Positions 48,824 to 59,087 of a stretch of DNA of 64,000 bases are shown piece after piece. Position 1 is the first letter of the stretch. Each line of letters begins with the position of its first letter. The position numbers and the translations under genes were made by a program. The notes under the pieces were generated by a model. That model ran no database searches, was not told the origin of the DNA, and saw nothing but the letters and a program-made list of their open reading frames with translations. The DNA comes from Candidatus Adlerbacteria bacterium (GTDB lineage Bacteria > Patescibacteriota > Minisyncoccia > Phycocordibacterales > SBAW01), in contig JBAXLB010000003.1 in assembly GCA_037135035.1 (NCBI GenBank), positions 3,548-67,547 of the forward strand. Reading direction: 5' to 3'.

Positions 48824-50452
48824 TTAGTGTGTGTCGACAACCACTGTTTGGCCATTTGAAAGGCCGCGAGCGTCTGTGACGATTACCGATTCCCCAGTAA
48901 GACCTGTTAATACTGTTACTTGGCTACCGAGTATGGTCCCAAGCGTAATAGGAATTTGCTGCAACGTAGAGGAGCTGACCGTAAATGCTATCGGGCCTTC
49001 GGGAGTAATTTTTGCCGCAATAATAGGAATAAGAATATCTGTTGATGCATTTTTTACTTTTGGTTTTTGTGCAGCAGTAGCGCGGGCAATAGAAACAGTG
49101 GTTGTTTCGCCGTCGGTCAGTGCACTTTGACTCCCGACAATACCCACCGTGACCAAAATCTTGCCTGTTGTTGGGTCGAGTGCTGGCGCAATAGAGACAA
49201 TTACTCCTTGTGTCCCTTCACCTATAATCGCAGCGCCTCCGACTGCAAGCGTTTTTGCGTCGTTTGGAGTCACATACGCTTTTACTTCAAGCGCGCTAGG
49301 GTTCGACACTTGTGCAACTTGAGTCGCCATGGACACAAACCCGCCCCGCGTGAGGGGGAGGCTCACAATAGTGCCTGAAATTGGCGAGCGGATAATTGTT
49401 TTTTCAAGTGTTGCACGCGCTGCATTTAATGCGCCCTGTGCTTGTGTCACATTTGCTTCTGCAATGCTGATACTGTTTGACGTTCCCGTCCCTGCAGTAT
49501 TTGTTGCCGCCGCCGCACTTGCAACTGCGTTGTCGTACGAGACCTTGGCTCCCGCAAGCGCAGCGACAGCGCTCGTGACAGATGTGCGCGCAACACCAAC
49601 CGATGCCTGAAACGCCGCAATTTGCGACGCAGAGACAGTCTGGCTTGGTATAGACTTGTTGACCGCATCAACCAAGTTGTTAAGGAAGGTCGAAATGAGA
49701 CGTGCGTGTGCATTCATGGCAGCAATGTCTGCGTCGGTGTCGGTGCGAGATGTTTTATTTGCGAGAGTGCTTGCATTTGCAAGTGTCAGGTCAAGCTGCC
49801 CGCGTTCGTTTTGCAAGGTAATAAGCAGCTGGCTGTCAGAGACGGTCAATATAAGTTTTGGGTTTGTATGTGGGTCAACAAACAACAGGTCTGCCTTGGT
49901 GTGCACTGCATCGTCGAGCACACTGTAGAGACCTTGCAGTGACGTGTCGGCAGCGTTTTGTGCATTAATTACATTTTGTTTTGCCTGCGCAGCACTGATG
50001 CCCGAGTTTGTCGCATTGGTGCCACTTGTGTTTGCAAATATTGCTTGCGCTGCGTCGTAGGCACCCTGCGCTTGGAGCACCGCCGCACGCTGGCTGCTGT
50101 TTTCGAGCTGGGCAATAATCGTGCCGGCGGATACGTAGTCACCTAGTTCGCGGTTAAGTACCACAACTTCGCCCGAGCTTTGTGCAAGAATAACTGCTTC
50201 GTTAAGCGAGGTAACGGTACCAGTAACCGGCAATGGCCCCGCTGTTTGGGATGAAAGGCTCGCAACCGAGGCAATGCGCACGTGAGAAACTTGGGGCGGC
50301 AGTGCGTCTGCAGCGCCCGAGCGGGTAAGCATGTGTACGCCAAGCACTAGCACAACAACAATAGCCGCTCCCCCACCCAGGGAATACTTCAGAGGAAGGT
50401 GGCGTACGTATGAGATAACCTTTTTTACTATAGACATATATAGAATATACAC
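48824..50452 (-). CDS. efflux periplasmic adaptor (HlyD/membrane-fusion family) with long coiled-coil
   Basis: N-terminal TM, Ala-rich coiled-coil, beta-barrel C-terminus; forms an operon with the RND pump. Confidence 0.65.
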   Translation of the reverse strand: MYILYMSIVKKVISYVRHLPLKYSLGGGAAIVVVLVLGVHMLTRSGAADALPPQVSHVRIASVASLSSQTAGPLPVTGTVTSLNEAVILAQSSGEVVVLNRELGDYVSAGTIIAQLENSSQRAAVLQAQGAYDAAQAIFANTSGTNATNSGISAAQAKQNVINAQNAADTSLQGLYSVLDDAVHTKADLLFVDPHTNPKLILTVSDSQLLITLQNERGQLDLTLANASTLANKTSRTDTDADIAAMNAHARLISTFLNNLVDAVNKSIPSQTVSASQIAAFQASVGVARTSVTSAVAALAGAKVSYDNAVASAAAATNTAGTGTSNSISIAEANVTQAQGALNAARATLEKTIIRSPISGTIVSLPLTRGGFVSMATQVAQVSNPSALEVKAYVTPNDAKTLAVGGAAIIGEGTQGVIVSIAPALDPTTGKILVTVGIVGSQSALTDGETTTVSIARATAAQKPKVKNASTDILIPIIAAKITPEGPIAFTVSSSTLQQIPITLGTILGSQVTVLTGLTGESVIVTDARGLSNGQTVVVDTH

Positions 50453-50595
50453 TATTTGAGGTGAAATTGGAGGGATTGAGGATGTGAGGGAGGGATTCGG
50501 TCACAAGTATTTTTCTGCTGAAAAATCTCGCGACCCCGCCTCCCCACCCAAGGTGGGTCCGGCTTTCGAATCCCAACCACTATTCCGACATAAAC

Positions 50596-50626
50596 AAAAA
50601 ACAGGTGCCGAAGCACCCATTTTTTG
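50596..50626. terminator. terminator hairpin downstream of tRNA-Ser
   Basis: aaaaaacaggtgccgaagcacccatttttt. Confidence 0.55.
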
Positions 50627-50631
50627 TTTTG

Positions 50632-50717
50632 CGGAGAGGGAGGGATTCGAACCCTCGAGAGGTTTACCCTCTACCTCCTTAGCAAGGAGGCACAATCGAC
50701 CACTCTGACACCTCTCC
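50632..50717 (-). tRNA. tRNA-Ser (anticodon GCT), long variable arm
   Basis: GGAGAGG acceptor, anticodon arm CCTCC-TTGCTAA-GGAGG, T-loop TTCGAAT. Confidence 0.85.
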
Positions 50718-50826
50718 TTTATATATGCAGTGCCGAACAGAAATACCTTAGCATTTTTGGAGCAAAAACGGAAACAGGAATAAAAAAGAAAAACTGCCCC
50801 ATTGCTGGAGCAGTGCCGTATATTGG

Positions 50827-52176
50827 TTACGTAACGAATGCCGCATAGATAGCGCGGACCGCCGTCTCATAGTCGCCCACGTTGACACCGATGATGATGT
50901 TCAATTCGTTGGAGTCTTGGTCTATCATCCGCACACTAACGCCTACGGACGCCAGAGCCTGCAAAGGAAGCAGAGCGACTCCGGGAGTGTGCGACATACC
51001 TCTGCCGACTATGCAAATAAGTGCCATGTCAGTGTGGAGAAGAACTTCGACAGGCGCACAGTCCCATTCGATGTCCGATATCACTGCCGAAAGCTTGCCG
51101 TTAAGCTGCTCCTTTGAGGCAATGATGTTTAACGTACGAATACCACCCGGCATGTGTTCTATGTTGACATCATGGCGAACGAACGCGCCAGACACACGAT
51201 GGATGAAACCGACTTCGGAGTTCATCGAGGGTTTTTTGACTCCGATGACCGCAAACGGTTGGCGACCCGCAATACCAACGATGGAACCTGGCACTCTCTC
51301 GGGAGCCAAATGGTCGGGGACAATATGCGTCCCTTCGTCATCAGGCTGGTTTGTGTTGAGCAGCCGAATGGGAATATCCACCTCTTCCACCGGAAAGGTT
51401 GTTTCCGGATGCAAGACGTTTGCGCCCCCGTATGCCATTTCACCAGCCTCTGCATAGGTGAGGAAGCGAATGGGTTTGGCATGCGGAACGATACGCGGGT
51501 CGGTCATCAACATACCCGACACATCGCTCCACAATTGACACTCCGCAGCTCCGACAACCCTCGCGACTACGGTACCCGAAAGGTCTGACCCGCCCCGGGT
51601 AAATGTTTTAACGGTACCGTTAGGCATTACTCCGTAAAACCCTGGGATGACGCAGCCGTCCTTGTAGTTCAACAAAAGTTCACGACTTTGCAGCGTTGCA
51701 TTCATGTCGAGCATTCCGTCTTTGTTCAGCTTGACGACATCTTTTGCGTCTACGAATGGAACATGTCGCGCTTTTGCAAGAATGCGGCCGTTCCAGTATT
51801 CGCCCAATGCCACAATTGAGTCCATGTCGTGGAAGGTATCGGACGCGGTATGCAGGATGTCGAACTCGCCTTCCTCGAACACCTCGAGTCCAAGCCCTTG
51901 CGCGATACCGAGGAACCGGTCCCGAATCATCCCGACAATGACTGTCTTCGGAGTGTTTTTTGCCCGGTCGTACTTGCCGTAGAGTGCGAGCAGCAGGTCG
52001 GTGACTTTATGGTCGCCTTCCATGCCTTTGCGCTTGCCGGGTGCCGACGCCACGATGTACATGCGTCGTGGATCGACTTCCAAAATACGCAACACTTTCT
52101 CGAATTGGCCTACGTCAGCAAGGGAACTCCCGCCGAACTTTTTTACTATGATGTCGCTCACGGCTTTCTCCTCCAA
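50827..52176 (-). CDS. lysC: aspartate kinase
   Basis: KFGGSSLAD N-terminus, amino-acid kinase fold, C-terminal ACT domains. Confidence 0.85.
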   Translation of the reverse strand: MEEKAVSDIIVKKFGGSSLADVGQFEKVLRILEVDPRRMYIVASAPGKRKGMEGDHKVTDLLLALYGKYDRAKNTPKTVIVGMIRDRFLGIAQGLGLEVFEEGEFDILHTASDTFHDMDSIVALGEYWNGRILAKARHVPFVDAKDVVKLNKDGMLDMNATLQSRELLLNYKDGCVIPGFYGVMPNGTVKTFTRGGSDLSGTVVARVVGAAECQLWSDVSGMLMTDPRIVPHAKPIRFLTYAEAGEMAYGGANVLHPETTFPVEEVDIPIRLLNTNQPDDEGTHIVPDHLAPERVPGSIVGIAGRQPFAVIGVKKPSMNSEVGFIHRVSGAFVRHDVNIEHMPGGIRTLNIIASKEQLNGKLSAVISDIEWDCAPVEVLLHTDMALICIVGRGMSHTPGVALLPLQALASVGVSVRMIDQDSNELNIIIGVNVGDYETAVRAIYAAFVT

Positions 52177-52260
52177 AAAGAGCGTTGAACTAGTTTGAAA
52201 CTACCAAACTCCCCACATTGTGCAAGAAAAAGAAAAACCGCTCTTTCGAGCGGATAATCT

Positions 52261-53421
52261 TTACTTTATTGCCTTTGCAACTGCTTGTACGACACCTTTG
52301 TCGAACGGTCCCGGGACGATTTTGTCGGCCGTTGGTTTTTTAACCAAGGCAGCCAAGTTTTTGGCAGCTTTCAACTTCATGTCGTCGGTTATTTTTGTCA
52401 CGCGATTGTCGAGTGCGCCGCGGAATACGCCTGGGAACACAAGTGAATTATTTATCTGGTTTGGGTAGTCGCTGCGGCCGGTACCAATTACTGCCGCCCC
52501 TCCCTTCTTTGCATCTTCGGGCATAATTTCGGGCGTCGGGTTTGCCATTGCAAATACAATCGCTTTTTTTGCCATCAACTGCACATCTTTTACAGTCATT
52601 AAACCGGGACCCGACACACCAAGCACAACGTCGGCATCTTTGAGAGCGTCTTGTAGTGTGCCGTTTATATTCCGCGGGTTTGTCATTGCAGCAAGTTCTT
52701 TTTTGTGGCCAGAAAGGTCAGAGCGGTCTTTGGAAAGTGTTCCTTTGCGGTCGAGCATAATAACGTCTGTAACGCCTGCCTTCAAAAGCAATTTGGTAAC
52801 TGCAGTACCTGCAGCGCCCGCCCCTGCAACAACGACGCGGAGAGAATTAAATTTTTTGCCAACAACTTTTGATGCATTTATAAGCGCAGCAAGTACAGCA
52901 ATTGCGGTGCCGTGCTGGTCGTCGTGCATCACGGGGATGTCGAGCGCAGCTTTTACGCGGTCTTCAATTTCAAAACAATTTGGCGCGGCAAAATCTTCCA
53001 AGTTAATGCCGCCGAATGCGGGTGCAATATTAATTATTGTTTTTACAATTTCGTCGACATTTTGTGTGTCCAAGACAATCGGAAATGCATCGACATTTGC
53101 AAAGGCTTTAAACAACGCGGCCTTTCCTTCCATCACGGGCAGTGCACCCAAGGCACCGATGTTGCCAAGCCCTAACACTGCCGAGCCGTCAGAGATAACC
53201 GCGATCATCTTTCCTTTAATAGTATAGTCGCGGGCAAGTTTTGGGTTTTTTGCAACAAGCATAGAAACCGCCGCAACCCCTGGTGTGTATACAAGCGACA
53301 TGTCGGCCCGGCTTTTAATAGCTACAGCTGGAGCAATGCGAATTTTCCCGCCCAGTTTTTTGTGTAATGCAATGGCACGTGCTGCAGTGTCGTTTTTCTT
53401 CATATCTCGCGAGTATATCAC
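52261..53421 (-). CDS. NAD(P)-dependent malic enzyme
   Basis: 386 aa; malic enzyme N-terminal and NAD-binding domains (GAGAAG). Confidence 0.85.
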   Translation of the reverse strand: MIYSRDMKKNDTAARAIALHKKLGGKIRIAPAVAIKSRADMSLVYTPGVAAVSMLVAKNPKLARDYTIKGKMIAVISDGSAVLGLGNIGALGALPVMEGKAALFKAFANVDAFPIVLDTQNVDEIVKTIINIAPAFGGINLEDFAAPNCFEIEDRVKAALDIPVMHDDQHGTAIAVLAALINASKVVGKKFNSLRVVVAGAGAAGTAVTKLLLKAGVTDVIMLDRKGTLSKDRSDLSGHKKELAAMTNPRNINGTLQDALKDADVVLGVSGPGLMTVKDVQLMAKKAIVFAMANPTPEIMPEDAKKGGAAVIGTGRSDYPNQINNSLVFPGVFRGALDNRVTKITDDMKLKAAKNLAALVKKPTADKIVPGPFDKGVVQAVAKAIK

Positions 53422-53441
53422 AGGGCTTATATACTAGATGT

Positions 53442-55784
53442 ATGGATCTACGCGAACCCATTTCCGAGCACTTCCGGCTAACAAACATTCAAAAAACTGC
53501 CCTGGGGAAACTAGGTATAAAAACACTACGCGACCTGCTGTACCATTTCCCCTTTCGTTACGAACAGGCCGGGAGCGAAACAAGTACGGGCGAGCTGCAA
53601 GTAGGCCAGGAAGTTACGGTTGTAGGAGTTTTGGAAAAACTCACAACAAAAAAGTCGTGGAAAAGTAGAGTCCCGATGTCAGACGGATATCTGCGCGACC
53701 AAGGCGGCCGCGTAAAATTGATGTGGTTTAACCAGCCCTATATTGCAAAAATGTATGCCGATGGCACGCGCGTAAAAGCAACGGGTAAAGTCACGGGCTC
53801 GCCCGGCAAACTGTATTTAGCAAACCCCCAGCTTGAGAAAATTTCCGCGACGGAAGAGACACTGTTCGTTTCGCAGAAACCAAGCTCGCCTCAACGCGGA
53901 AAATCTCCTGCTGAAGATTTTCCTATGTCCGGCGCCGTCGCACCTACCAACGTTTCGGACGAACTTGTTTCTACTTCACTCGATGCCGCCACGACGCAGG
54001 CGAAGTCGGTTGCGGAGCCGAAGATCGACGCAGAGACTTCGCCGCAGTCGTCTTTCACTAACCTCTTTGCCCAGTACCCAGAAAGCCGCGGGGTGACATC
54101 ACTATGGTTCCGCCACGCGATACAAAAAATACTTGCCACAGGAATTGTCGAACAAGTAGAAGACCCACTACCGCCAGACATGCTCAAACGCTACAACTTA
54201 CCGACGCTAGGCAGTGCTCTTGTGTGGATGCACATACCGGAAAAATTAAAAGATGCCGACGCGGCACGCAAACGTTTTGCATTTGAGGAAGTGTTTATGA
54301 TCCAGCTCGAGCGCGGTATTGAACGTAAAAAACAATCACACGAAAAAAGTTTTGCGGTCGACGCACCAAAAAAAGCTGTTGATGACTTTATCGGTACCTT
54401 CCCCTTTACCGCAACAGGTGCACAGCACAAAGCAATTGAAGCAATTTTACACGACATGCGCAGCGGCCACCCTATGTCGCGCCTGCTTGAAGGCGACGTA
54501 GGTTCGGGCAAAACGGCAGTTGCGGCAACGGCCGCCTACGCCGCGGTTCGTACGCGGCCCGAAAACCAGAAGTTCGGCACGCTGCAGGTTGCCTACATGG
54601 CCCCGACCGAAATTTTAGCAAAGCAGCATTTTGAGTCGTTTATAAAATATTTTGAAACGTTCCCTATTAACATCGGGCTTATTACCGGCTCGGGTTGTTT
54701 TAAATTCCCGTCAAAAATTGGGCGCGGTAAGTCGACCGCGATTTCCCGCACGCAACTACTTAAATGGGTAGCTGCGGGCGAGATCCCTGTTGTTATTGGC
54801 ACACATGCACTTATTCAAAAGTCGGTACAGTTTAAACACCTGGCACTTGTCGTGATAGACGAACAACATCGCTTTGGTACCGCCCAAAGACAAAAGCTTG
54901 CGACTAAAGAAAAGCGGCCCTCGGCCGTAGCCGGACGGGCGAGGCTCCCCCACCTGTTGTCGATGACAGCCACCCCAATCCCGCGTACCTTGGCACTTAC
55001 TATATATGGAGACCTGGATTTGACACTGCTGGACGAAATGCCCGCGGGACGTAAAAAAATTATTACAGAAATTGTAAAACCCGCCGGGCGTGCGCAAGCA
55101 TACGCAAAAATCCACGAACAGCTAGCCGAAGGGCGGCAGGCATATGTTATCTGCCCCCGCATTGACGAGCCGGACCCTGACAAAGCATTTGCATTGATGG
55201 CAAAGTCTGTCACTGCAGAGGCGAAACGTTTAAAGAAAGACGTCTTTCAAAATTATGAAATTGCTATTTTGCACAGCAAAATGACGCCGAAGGAAAAAGA
55301 CGAAACGATGCAAAAGTTTGCGGCGCACGAGATAGATATTTTGGTTGCAACGTCAGTTGTTGAAGTGGGCGTCAACGTCCCCAACGCCACGATGATTTTT
55401 ATCGAAGGCGCCGAGCGCTTTGGCTTGGCACAGCTCCACCAGTTGCGCGGGCGCGTTGTGCGCAGCAACTACCAAGCCTATTGTTTTGTCTGCCCTGAAA
55501 GCCGTGGCGAACATACGCTTGCGCGGCTCAAGGCATTGGCCACTGCAAAAAATGGTTTTGAACTTGCCGAACAAGACTTGTTGCAGCGGGGGCCCGGTGA
55601 ACTTTCAGGCCGCAAACAGTGGGGCATCTCTGACATCGGCATGGAAGCACTAAAGAATTTAAAACTTGTGGAAGCCGCCCGCACCGAGGCACTAGCGGTT
55701 GTAGAGAAAGATGAACATCTACAAAAATACCCTCTGTTGCAGCATGCACTTTTTGCACGGGCGCAGACCCTACACTTTGAGTAG
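53442..55784 (+). CDS. recG: ATP-dependent DNA helicase RecG
   Basis: wedge/OB domain, helicase motifs GDVGSGKT and DEQHRFG, C-terminal helicase domain; start placed at MDLREPIS. Confidence 0.9.
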   Translation: MDLREPISEHFRLTNIQKTALGKLGIKTLRDLLYHFPFRYEQAGSETSTGELQVGQEVTVVGVLEKLTTKKSWKSRVPMSDGYLRDQGGRVKLMWFNQPYIAKMYADGTRVKATGKVTGSPGKLYLANPQLEKISATEETLFVSQKPSSPQRGKSPAEDFPMSGAVAPTNVSDELVSTSLDAATTQAKSVAEPKIDAETSPQSSFTNLFAQYPESRGVTSLWFRHAIQKILATGIVEQVEDPLPPDMLKRYNLPTLGSALVWMHIPEKLKDADAARKRFAFEEVFMIQLERGIERKKQSHEKSFAVDAPKKAVDDFIGTFPFTATGAQHKAIEAILHDMRSGHPMSRLLEGDVGSGKTAVAATAAYAAVRTRPENQKFGTLQVAYMAPTEILAKQHFESFIKYFETFPINIGLITGSGCFKFPSKIGRGKSTAISRTQLLKWVAAGEIPVVIGTHALIQKSVQFKHLALVVIDEQHRFGTAQRQKLATKEKRPSAVAGRARLPHLLSMTATPIPRTLALTIYGDLDLTLLDEMPAGRKKIITEIVKPAGRAQAYAKIHEQLAEGRQAYVICPRIDEPDPDKAFALMAKSVTAEAKRLKKDVFQNYEIAILHSKMTPKEKDETMQKFAAHEIDILVATSVVEVGVNVPNATMIFIEGAERFGLAQLHQLRGRVVRSNYQAYCFVCPESRGEHTLARLKALATAKNGFELAEQDLLQRGPGELSGRKQWGISDIGMEALKNLKLVEAARTEALAVVEKDEHLQKYPLLQHALFARAQTLHFE

Positions 55785-55827
55785 CAAACAAGGTATATTT
55801 GGCAGCGAGTGAAGGATAGAAACGCAT

Positions 55828-55901
55828 GTGCCTGTAGCTCAGTTGGTTAGAGCTCCGAGCTTATACCTCGGCGGTCCCTGGTTCGAGTCCAGGCAGGCAC
55901 A
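55828..55901 (+). tRNA. tRNA-Ile (anticodon TAT, UAU)
   Basis: GTGCCTG acceptor, anticodon arm CCGAG-CTTATAC-CTCGG, T-loop TTCGAGT. Confidence 0.8.
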
Positions 55902-55947
55902 CAAAAGTTACAAAGACCTGCCCTGCGGCAGGTTTTGTACTTTTGTG
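55902..55947 (+). terminator. long hairpin (terminator-like) immediately after tRNA-Ile
   Basis: caaaagttacaaagacctgcc-ctgc-ggcaggttttgtacttttg. Confidence 0.5.
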
Positions 55948-55949
55948 TG

Positions 55950-56030
55950 AGCCGGAGCGATGTTTTGCACTTGCAAAACCGCGAGGCAGGGTCGTGCGGC
56001 AATGTGCGCGACGGCGCATATTGAACGCCT
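55950..56030 (+). ncRNA. conserved structured RNA-like element, copy B
   Basis: core gcgatgttttgcacttgcaaaaccgcgag is identical to copy A (reverse strand, 28484-28512); second hairpin differs from copy A but pairing is kept. Confidence 0.5.
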
Positions 56031-56111
56031 GACCACAAAAGACATCTCATAAAAATAATTCCGTGCTATTGTGCGGAGCGGATAACAACGGCACATAGAA
56101 GGAGAACCGCC

Positions 56112-57074
56112 GTGATTGCTCTTCCAAAGTTTAATAACACCTTCAAGGGTGTTTGCTTCCCCTACCCCGCGTGGGTGGCGGGCGGAATCTTCAAGACGAG
56201 CAAGCAGATGATCTGGGCGCTCAAGCACCATATCATCGGCGAATGGGGCTCGATCGAAACCGAAGCCTCAAACGGTAACGGTGGGCGTGACTATTTTGCC
56301 CACTATGTCGAAGTCGGTGGTGTTCGGGTGCTTATGTACACGCAGAACTCGCGCGGCATCCCCAACCCGGGCATGACTTACATCGAGGAACGTTTCGCGA
56401 TGGTCTATCACGAGTACGAAGACGCGAACTTTCCTCTCATCCTCAATGTCTCGGGCAAGAACGTGGCCGACACGCTCGAGCTGATGTGGCGGGCAGCACA
56501 ATGCGGCTTCAAGGTCGTAGTGGTAAGCGGTGCGTGCCCCAATAAGGGCAACCAGCCCATTCTCTGCTACGACCAGGAAGCGGTCAGTGAACTGTTCGAG
56601 CGTGCCGAAAAAGAAATCGGGCCTTCGAATGTCATTTTCCTCTGGAAGGTATCGACCGGTATGCCGCGGCCGATTCTTGCCCACAATCGTATGTGTGTTG
56701 GGCGTTCGAAAGTCTTCGACGGCATCGTAACGGGAAACGCTGTTCCGAACACCTTCGACTATCTTCCCGACGGCACGACAACCATCATGACGGACAAGCA
56801 CGGCTTGATCCGTGGCGCTATGGCCGGACCCGCGATCCTACCGATGGCGCTCGACCACACACAGTTTTGTTCTTGTGGCATACCTTCAAAGAAGATCGTT
56901 GTTGGATGCGGCGGCATCTCGGGTGGTGAATCCGGGATGAAGCACATGCGGGCGGGGGCGAGCTTCGTCCAAACCCACAGCGCTTTTCGCGAGTCGGGCG
57001 AAGACCCTGACTTCATGCGCGAGCTCAACCGGAAGTTGTTCAAGCGTCTCGAACAGGTTCCTGCCGCAGCTTGA
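56112..57074 (+). CDS. dihydroorotate dehydrogenase-family flavoprotein (GC3-rich, foreign-looking)
   Basis: DHOD-like motifs LNVSGKN, VSGACPNKGN, LWKVSTGM, VGCGGISGGESG; GTG start; strong GC3 bias unlike neighbours. Confidence 0.6.
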   Translation: MIALPKFNNTFKGVCFPYPAWVAGGIFKTSKQMIWALKHHIIGEWGSIETEASNGNGGRDYFAHYVEVGGVRVLMYTQNSRGIPNPGMTYIEERFAMVYHEYEDANFPLILNVSGKNVADTLELMWRAAQCGFKVVVVSGACPNKGNQPILCYDQEAVSELFERAEKEIGPSNVIFLWKVSTGMPRPILAHNRMCVGRSKVFDGIVTGNAVPNTFDYLPDGTTTIMTDKHGLIRGAMAGPAILPMALDHTQFCSCGIPSKKIVVGCGGISGGESGMKHMRAGASFVQTHSAFRESGEDPDFMRELNRKLFKRLEQVPAAA

Positions 57075-57126
57075 AACGCAAACGCCGCCCCTTGTGTGGG
57101 ACGGCGTTTTCTTTTTTTATACTCAG

Positions 57127-59064
57127 CTAAAAATTAACCTTAACAGGTTCGATGGTTATTTCTTGTTTCTTTTTTGGGGAAATGCCGTGCGCGACCAAAA
57201 TGCCTTCAAACTCTTCGCGCTCAAGTGTTTCGACTTCTACAAGACGGGCAGCAATAGCGTTGAGCACTTTCCTATGTTCGGTAATGATGTTTAGAGCTTT
57301 TGCGTACGCTTCGTCCATAATGCGCTTTACTTCCGCATCGATATCACCGGAAACTTTTTCAGAATATTCTTTACCGGACACTCCCGAGCCAAACAATGCA
57401 CGGCCGTCGCTTGCCTCAAGCGCAATGGTACCTATTTTCTCTGACATGCCGTAACGCGTGACCATATCGCGGGCAAGTGCGCTCGACACCTGGAGGTCGT
57501 TCGACGGCCCAGTTGTGACGTCGCCAAAGACTTCTTTTTCAGCAATGTAACCACCGAGTGACATTGCGATGTCATCGAGGAATTCTTTTTTGCTCTGCAT
57601 GCGTTTGTCTTCAAACGGAAGCTTCAATGTGTAGCCCGCGGCACGACCGCGCGAGATGATGGAGATTTTATGCACCGGGTCAGCATGAGGCAGGAGGCTT
57701 GCAACAAGCGCATGCCCTGCTTCGTGGTAGGCGGTAATTTCTTTTTCCTTGGCGTTCATCACATGCGACTTGCGCTCGGGGCCCAGCATTACTTTTTCGA
57801 TAGAACGGATAAGGTCAAACTGCGCAACTGTTTTGCGTGCTTCGCGTGCAGCCAAAATTGCGCCTTCGTTCATAAGGTTTGCCAAGTCGGCACCCGAAAA
57901 CCCAGGAGTGCGTTCTGCAATGACCGAAAGATTCACATCTTCGGCAAGAGGTTTTTTGCGGGCATGGATATGCAAAATTTCGTTGCGGTCTTGGCGGTCA
58001 GGCAGCTCTATAACCACACGGCGGTCAAAACGGCCCGGGCGCACGAGAGCAGGGTCCAAAACATCGGGGCGGTTGGTTGCGGCCATCACGATAACTTTTT
58101 CGTTTGGTTCGAAGCCGTCCATCTCAACCAAAATTTGGTTCAATGTCTGTTCACGTTCGTCGTTGCCACCGCCCACACCTGTGCCGCGGACACGACCAAC
58201 TGCGTCAATTTCGTCGACAAAGATAATCGCCGGCGCCGAATGCTTTGCCATATGGAAGAGGTCGCGCACACGTGACGCACCCACACCAACAAACATTTCA
58301 ACAAATTCTGAACCTGAAATTGAATAAAACGGCACGCCCGCCTCCCCCGCAACTGCGCGGGCAAGCAGTGTCTTGCCGGTGCCGGCAGAGCCCATCAACA
58401 AAATACCTTTGGGGATACGCGCACCGATGTCCAAGAATTTTTTGGGATTTTTGAGAAAGTCGACAATTTCAAGCAGTTCTATCTTTGCTTCTTTAGCACC
58501 GGCAACATCTTTAAAGGTAACTTTTTGCGACTTGTCGTTCGGGTCGATAACACGGTGCTTGGACTGCCCAAACGAAAAGGCCTGCATCCCCGCACCTTTA
58601 ACCTGACGTGAGAGATACCAGACAAAAAATGCAATCAGCAAGAGTGGTGCCAAAAAAGGCGCAAGAGTTGTGAGCCAAAAACTCCATCCACTTTCGCGTT
58701 TGATATTGATAGAAATTTTGTCGAGCGACGCGGCTGGCACACCGTAGTTAAAGAGTGTTTGTGACAGAGCAGTGTTAGTTTCCTTTTTGGAAATTTTTTC
58801 TGTCTCGTCCGCGTAGGTAATAGTGAGGTTGTCGCCGTCAACGGTAATTGCGGTTACGGTGCCATTTTGTACATCGCCGGCAAGTTCGGAAATCGCGATG
58901 TCTGCAGGGGCGTCTGTTTTGTCTGTTGCAAAGTAGGTGTAGGCGCTCGCAAGTAAAAAGAGTAGTAGCAGGCTTGTCGCTGCATTGACCCAGAACGAGT
59001 CACTCCGCGGCATCTTGGGGACTTTTAACCCGCCTTTTTTGTTTTTATTCTTTTGTTCAGGCAT
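57127..59064 (-). CDS. ftsH: ATP-dependent zinc metalloprotease FtsH
   Basis: 2 TM, AAA+ ([13 protein letters not shown]), HEAGH zinc motif. Confidence 0.95.
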   Translation of the reverse strand: MPEQKNKNKKGGLKVPKMPRSDSFWVNAATSLLLLFLLASAYTYFATDKTDAPADIAISELAGDVQNGTVTAITVDGDNLTITYADETEKISKKETNTALSQTLFNYGVPAASLDKISINIKRESGWSFWLTTLAPFLAPLLLIAFFVWYLSRQVKGAGMQAFSFGQSKHRVIDPNDKSQKVTFKDVAGAKEAKIELLEIVDFLKNPKKFLDIGARIPKGILLMGSAGTGKTLLARAVAGEAGVPFYSISGSEFVEMFVGVGASRVRDLFHMAKHSAPAIIFVDEIDAVGRVRGTGVGGGNDEREQTLNQILVEMDGFEPNEKVIVMAATNRPDVLDPALVRPGRFDRRVVIELPDRQDRNEILHIHARKKPLAEDVNLSVIAERTPGFSGADLANLMNEGAILAAREARKTVAQFDLIRSIEKVMLGPERKSHVMNAKEKEITAYHEAGHALVASLLPHADPVHKISIISRGRAAGYTLKLPFEDKRMQSKKEFLDDIAMSLGGYIAEKEVFGDVTTGPSNDLQVSSALARDMVTRYGMSEKIGTIALEASDGRALFGSGVSGKEYSEKVSGDIDAEVKRIMDEAYAKALNIITEHRKVLNAIAARLVEVETLEREEFEGILVAHGISPKKKQEITIEPVKVNF

Positions 59065-59087
59065 GAATACTACATTGTACCATTTCG

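Noticed and set aside
50503-50631. Possible additional tRNA (D-arm-like GGAATAGTGGTTGGGATTC on the minus strand, T-arm-like tttcgaatccc)
   Set aside because: No complete cloverleaf, anticodon arm or acceptor pairing could be built. Treated as a tRNA-like remnant plus a terminator hairpin.
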